Under the pieces are notes generated by a model. The model ran no database searches, had not been told where the DNA came from, and worked only from the letters and a program-made list of their open reading frames with translations. The position numbers and the translations under genes were made by a program. DNA of 61,784 nucleotides, the filler included, from Globobulimina sp. (lineage: Eukaryota): the NCBI GenBank assembly GCA_003354225.1. It is 17 parts of 17 records of this genome, joined end to end, with 100 filler letters (N's around TTAATTAATTAA, not from the genome) between each part and the next. Parts side by side here need not be neighbours in the genome. Positions count along the whole stretch, not along the records: positions 54,610 to 58,147 come from PIVH01002558.1; positions 58,248 to 61,784 come from PIVH01002559.1; 15 more parts are not named here. One strand, 5' to 3'. The first letter of the stretch is position 1, and the number at the start of each line of letters is the position of its first letter. Positions 56,966 through 61,784 of this stretch are shown piece after piece.

Positions 56966-57907
56966 CTAAGAGATATTTGGCTGCGATTCAGCAGCTTCAA
57001 TATTTGACTTGAATGTATTATTTGCATTTGACGCACTCTTTTCCTTGCAATTGGGTTCAATATTTGAATTTGATACAGTGTTTTTTCCTGAAACGGTAAT
57101 ATTAATTTCCAGTTTTTCCACATTTGAAACGTTCTTTGCAAAAGAGATTGGCACCAAACAGCAACAAAATAATTTCCGTGTTATCCATGAATTCCATTTA
57201 TACATAAGAACGATGCTTAATATCGAAATGATAACATCACCGCCCACCGCAAACATATATGCATTGTGTGTCACGATGAATACCATACAAAGCATTGTTG
57301 ATAAAATTGCGATATTTGACAATATACATTGTTTTACAGCAACCATTTTCATATCAAAATCCGATGTCCTTTTAGATAATTTTATTAACGGTTTAACAAA
57401 CAAGATAAGATTAACAATTCCAGAAAAAATATCTAATGCACCAATGCAGATTACTGCGAAATTGTCAGATAATATTCGACATCGCGGGAAAGAGTCTTCA
57501 ACAAACATATAAGAAACAGTCCTATTCATTTGTATCATATTGAAGGCGCTACATAATAATATAAAGCCAGCCCAAATTTGCAATTTTTTGCGAGAATACT
57601 TTAACCGACCGGTTGAGAACGTAATCAATAATCTGGCTATTAATATGTAGGCCAAACATGCTTTAAATGCTATATATAATGTTGGTCCGTAATAAATAGC
57701 AACGTTACAAAAGTCAATGTTAATGGTTAATTCTAATATAAAATTCATTGCTAAGCCAATGCCAAGTAATATTAATAAAAACGAAAGATACAATGTTTGC
57801 GCTGTTATTGCTTGTTTGCAGGCACTGACCAAATGATATATGAAAATAAGTGCTAAGGTTACAAGGAGAAAAATTGACCATGCAATGCAAAATATGTATG
57901 ATGTCAT
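56966..57907 (-). CDS. 7-TM GPCR-like protein
   Basis: Seven hydrophobic segments, Cys at the top of TM3 and in ECL2, and a C-terminal CCC palmitoylation-like site. Confidence 0.65.
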   Translation of the reverse strand: MTSYIFCIAWSIFLLVTLALIFIYHLVSACKQAITAQTLYLSFLLILLGIGLAMNFILELTINIDFCNVAIYYGPTLYIAFKACLAYILIARLLITFSTGRLKYSRKKLQIWAGFILLCSAFNMIQMNRTVSYMFVEDSFPRCRILSDNFAVICIGALDIFSGIVNLILFVKPLIKLSKRTSDFDMKMVAVKQCILSNIAILSTMLCMVFIVTHNAYMFAVGGDVIISILSIVLMYKWNSWITRKLFCCCLVPISFAKNVSNVEKLEINITVSGKNTVSNSNIEPNCKEKSASNANNTFKSNIEAAESQPNIS

Positions 57908-58791
57908 TTGACTTTTTGCTTCCTACACAATGGTCGACGGAGAGAAATACTGACTCAGAGTATTACAAAAACATTTGTATAAAGAAATGTCCGCTGCCTG
58001 TATTATATGCCCAAACATATGTCAATTGAAGAGCATGAGGTCATTTCGTCAAAAGTGTTCTATTTTTTGTGTACCAAAATTTTAGTCGTCTCGAAAACAT
58101 TGTTTCCCAGTAATGTTTCTACCACTTTAGAATTGTGTACAACTATCNNNNNNNNNNNNNNNNNNNNNNNNNNNNNNNNNNNNNNNNNNNNTTAATTAAT
58201 TAANNNNNNNNNNNNNNNNNNNNNNNNNNNNNNNNNNNNNNNNNNNNCTAAATTATTGCCGAATACAAACAACAAACAGACGCATCTTAATCTTCACTGA
58301 TTCATTATACAATTTCCTCCCTCTGATAATTACACCAAAACGAAAAGAAAAAAATCCAAACTCAGTTCTATTCAAAAATACACAAAATTACCTCAAAAAT
58401 AATAATATAATACTTTGGAAAGTCAAATCACATACCAAACCCAAACAACAACCATTCAATCAGATCGCTGATAATTTAGCCGAAGTTGGCAGAATGCATC
58501 CACGTAATTCATGTTTTATAATCACAAACTTTAATTCCATCCGATATGCCAAATATAAATCCTTCCACTATACAAGGGGTATTAGACCCCAACAACTTTT
58601 ATCTCTCACCAGGATGTTTAAGCAATTGGTGAGCATGGAGCCAGACTTAGACCCTGGCTGAATGTTCTCCCACTACTTACAAAGAGGCAAAGAATACATT
58701 TGGCTCAATGACCTTAAAAGTATCATTATTTTCCGACGATTACCAGGCTGGTAAGAGTTATGCCGGTTTGATAATATATGGAATTGCAGGT

Positions 58792-59165
58792 ACGTACGGT
58801 CACTGTGATAGCTGACTGGTCACCGAAATGAGCTGATCGATCAGGTTATAATACCCTAATTAAATGCCTAATTAAATGCATCCAATTTGATCTGATCGGG
58901 ACTAAATTAGGTCGGGTATTGTCTAAATCTGACTGGTCAGAATAATATGCTGACCGCAGAGCTAAAGGTAAATTACTATAGGAATAGCATATTGATATGC
59001 TGATAGGTCAGATTTGTCCCATCGATCACTGCATTTCGCTGACCAGTCAGCCATCACAATTTAGGTCATAATCAACTGACCGATTTCATTCTGATCTGTC
59101 AGATTTATTTTCTGACCTAAAATTCTGACCTGACAGGATGGTGACCATCAACAATGACCGTACGT
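58792..59165. mobile_element. MITE-like element with terminal inverted repeats and a possible TA target-site duplication
   Basis: ACGTACGGTCACTGT (58792-58806) vs ACAATGACCGTACGT (59151-59165) match at 14/15. An internal ~38-bp inverted repeat at 58804-58841 / 59021-59058; many CTGAC(C/T) motifs; no ORF. Confidence 0.65.
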
Positions 59166-60013
59166 TTCTGTAAAATTGATGGAAAAGTAAAATGGAAAAA
59201 TCCAGGTTGGTTGTTGTGTGATGATATATCTACTTATTTGTAAAATATGTTATGTAACAAATGTAAAAGCGGCAAATGTGGTGGGTATTCTTGTCGCTCT
59301 GGGTATATAGTAATAATGTGTACTGACAATTACCCATCAGATGCATATAAACGTGCAGGGCAAGGCATGATTCACGAGTCACGACTATTTAATTAAAGCA
59401 TCCATTGGCATTGAATTTTCCACAAGATAGATTCGGATATCATAATAACAGTTTATCATTTTCTTCAGCATGGCTCAATGGAAGAAATCAAACTGGCGGA
59501 CAATCGTCATCGCTAAACAATACATTATCATAACTAAGGACATTCAAGCGGCTATTATAGAATATAAGCTATAATAATTTTGGCTTTCACATGTCTGTTT
59601 TTGTTTTGTTTTTGTTTTGATGTTGGTAAATTACGTAATTAATATTATTTTTTCAATTTGCTGTGGTAAATGCAAGAAACACCAATATTGTGATGTAGAC
59701 TTCGAAGGGGAGAATATATAAATGAAACGTAAAAAAAAAACACACACAAACAATACAATGAATATTTTAATAATATATTTTATTTAAAATGAAAATAATG
59801 AAAATAATGCAAAAGTGGAAATAATATGCTTTAAACACAAAAAATGATAAAACAAAAAATACACGAAACAAAATGTAATCGATTAGACAGAAAACAACAA
59901 AAAAAACACTCACATAGTGACATTGCCGAAATTTATTGACAAAAAATACGCAAAACTGTACATGGCTACATGCACCAAAAAATAATATGTATATTAAATA
60001 TAATATAAATGCA

Positions 60014-61784
60014 CTAAATCGATGGCAAAGTAGGCGCAGCAACATTCACAGCGGTTTCTTGTTTAATCCGATAATCCACTTCGCCATTATGTTGATACGC
60101 ATTTTGTGTTTGTACCGGTTGTTTTGCTGTTTGCGTCACAGCTTTTAATGGCTGTGGTGTATGACTCATCACATTGCCATCTGGCTTGACAAGTAAATAT
60201 TTATTAAATCTGTATTTCGCTTCACGCTCTAATGAATTTGCAAAATTGCCGTTAAATGAACTGAAATATACCAATAAATTGCTGGCCACTGTACAAATAT
60301 CGCAATTCGGATCTATACTAAGAATGGAAAGACAGTCCGTAATGATGTCTTTAAACGTTTCGTCATCATTATCATTCCACGCATTTGCTATCAACAAATC
60401 AAACCACTCTCTACAATCATTGCCAGGCACTTCCACATTATTTATGCCATTCCGATATTGCTGTAATTTATTATCATATTTATTTATGTCAATATTAAAC
60501 ATATTATTGACAAATGCTACATGCGAATTAAAAATAATATGTTGAAATATTAATTTGGCGGCAAAAAACCTGACATGCGCTTGAGTCACACATTCGATGT
60601 TCACCTTTTCGTTTAAGAAGCCGCATAACGATATAGTCGCAACCTTATTATGTTTATTTATCACCGCCGTAACAATCTTATTAATACATTGACGACACAT
60701 ATCATGGAATTTCATCGCTCGATTATTGTCCAATAATAAAAACAAATTATCCAATATTTCAGGTAATGAATTCTCAATCAATAGTACAATTTGGTCACCT
60801 TTCAGCTTATTTAAACAATATAGAAATATATCCGCTATTTGCCGAATGCCTTTAATCCGCACATTGTATTCCCTGTAAATATAGTCTTCATGCAATATTT
60901 GTTCCGCATATGCGGATAATAATACTTTGCCATTATCTGTAGATATATTCATATAATCTAAATTCGCATAGATTTCGTCCATGGCTCGCAATCTATGTTT
61001 AATACTACCATGGCCACCTAATAATTTCTCAAACGCATCATCTAAATCCACAGTTGGTGTCATTGGTTGCTGTTGTTTTTGCGGTCTTTGTTGTTTGGCG
61101 TAGTCGGCGCCGTATATCTGTTTTAAAATAGTTTTTCTGTGCGCCATCAATGAAATACCCATTTGTTTTAACATGTTTTCATCCACAGTGTATAAACCAG
61201 ATAAATCATCACCAAATCCATAATTTACAAAATTACGATAATACTCACCCAATGCCATATTATTTAAAAAGGTTTGTAATTCCTTTGTTTTTAGTTTTGG
61301 CGCTGCTGTTTTGGTGCTGCCTTTTTTTGGTGATTGGCATTGTTGATTCTTTGTTCGGTTCATAGTAATCATTGGTTTATTTATCTCGCCACTCATTAAT
61401 GATTCTAATGCAAGCTGTAAATTACCATTCGATGCTTTTATAGCCGCTAAAGATTGGTCTTTGTCCCAGCCCATTGATGTTAACTGGCTCACTAAATATT
61501 GATATTTGGTGGAACTGGATCGTTTGCTAAATAATTGCTGTGGATCGATCACTAATTCATTGGTTGAATATCTCTTTGCAATTTCAATTTTTTCACTTTT
61601 TTTTTCTTCCGTATTCTTCCGTTTTGCTTTTGGTCTGTTTATAATTTGACCGGTCACGTCTTTTTTTGGTGGTGGCACATAATCGCTGGTGTCTGGAGCT
61701 TTTTTAATTAATGCTTTGGCCTCACCCCAGCTCACTTTTGCACCATTTTTCTTTGCAAATGCTTTTTGTTTGAGATGTTTATTA
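60014..61784 (-). CDS. UBA - SAM - helical (HEAT/TOG-like) protein, 5'-partial
   Basis: UBA LVSQLTSMGW....LAAIKASNGNLQLALESL; SAM FL....LGEY...F...G..L..MGISLMAHRKTILKQI; helical repeats follow. Confidence 0.75.
   Translation of the reverse strand, partial: NKHLKQKAFAKKNGAKVSWGEAKALIKKAPDTSDYVPPPKKDVTGQIINRPKAKRKNTEEKKSEKIEIAKRYSTNELVIDPQQLFSKRSSSTKYQYLVSQLTSMGWDKDQSLAAIKASNGNLQLALESLMSGEINKPMITMNRTKNQQCQSPKKGSTKTAAPKLKTKELQTFLNNMALGEYYRNFVNYGFGDDLSGLYTVDENMLKQMGISLMAHRKTILKQIYGADYAKQQRPQKQQQPMTPTVDLDDAFEKLLGGHGSIKHRLRAMDEIYANLDYMNISTDNGKVLLSAYAEQILHEDYIYREYNVRIKGIRQIADIFLYCLNKLKGDQIVLLIENSLPEILDNLFLLLDNNRAMKFHDMCRQCINKIVTAVINKHNKVATISLCGFLNEKVNIECVTQAHVRFFAAKLIFQHIIFNSHVAFVNNMFNIDINKYDNKLQQYRNGINNVEVPGNDCREWFDLLIANAWNDNDDETFKDIITDCLSILSIDPNCDICTVASNLLVYFSSFNGNFANSLEREAKYRFNKYLLVKPDGNVMSHTPQPLKAVTQTAKQPVQTQNAYQHNGEVDYRIKQETAVNVAAPTLPSI

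Noticed and set aside
1-61784. Gene-neighbourhood links across contigs, such as pPolB with PolX, ART or the R2K gene as one viral element
   Set aside because: The contigs are length-sorted and unlinked. PolX and the ART gene carry host-type introns.

Overview
This window is not one locus. It is 17 unlinked contigs of about 3.54 kb, sorted by decreasing length and joined by a 100-nt artificial linker (44 N + TTAATTAATTAA + 44 N). The contigs are 1-3544, 3645-7187, 7288-10830, 10931-14472, 14573-18113, 18214-21754, 21855-25395, 25496-29035, 29136-32675, 32776-36315, 36416-39955, 40056-43594, 43695-47233, 47334-50871, 50972-54509, 54610-58147 and 58248-61784. The DNA is AT-rich and eukaryotic, with short (about 55-140 nt) GT-AG introns. 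A divergent alpha2-type tubulin relic, caspase-like and Kelch-like families and an axonemal dynein suggest a rhizarian, probably a foraminiferan (inference). Recognisable genes: a Polinton-type protein-primed DNA polymerase B, thiolase, sulfotransferase, CocE/NonD hydrolase, VAMP7-like SNARE, TRP-like channel, fused 2-oxoacid dehydrogenase E1, GIGYF-like GYF protein, caspase-like protease, dynein heavy chain, Pol lambda-like PolX, class 3 lipase, TBC RabGAP, FCP1-like phosphatase, an NFX1 pseudogene and GPCR-like proteins. The best candidates for undescribed systems are (1) a membrane-anchored CDC123/R2K ATP-grasp ligase fused to a gamma-glutamylcyclotransferase, a possible writer/eraser pair in one protein, and (2) a UBA-SAM-NZF-zinc-finger protein ending in a toxin-like R-S-E ADP-ribosyltransferase. 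Also notable: GTT-dominated splice donors, a recurring F-box-like N-terminal motif, several foldback/MITE-like elements, and frameshifts caused by short tandem duplications. All calls come from reading motifs by eye; no database searches were run, and introns are inferred without RNA data.
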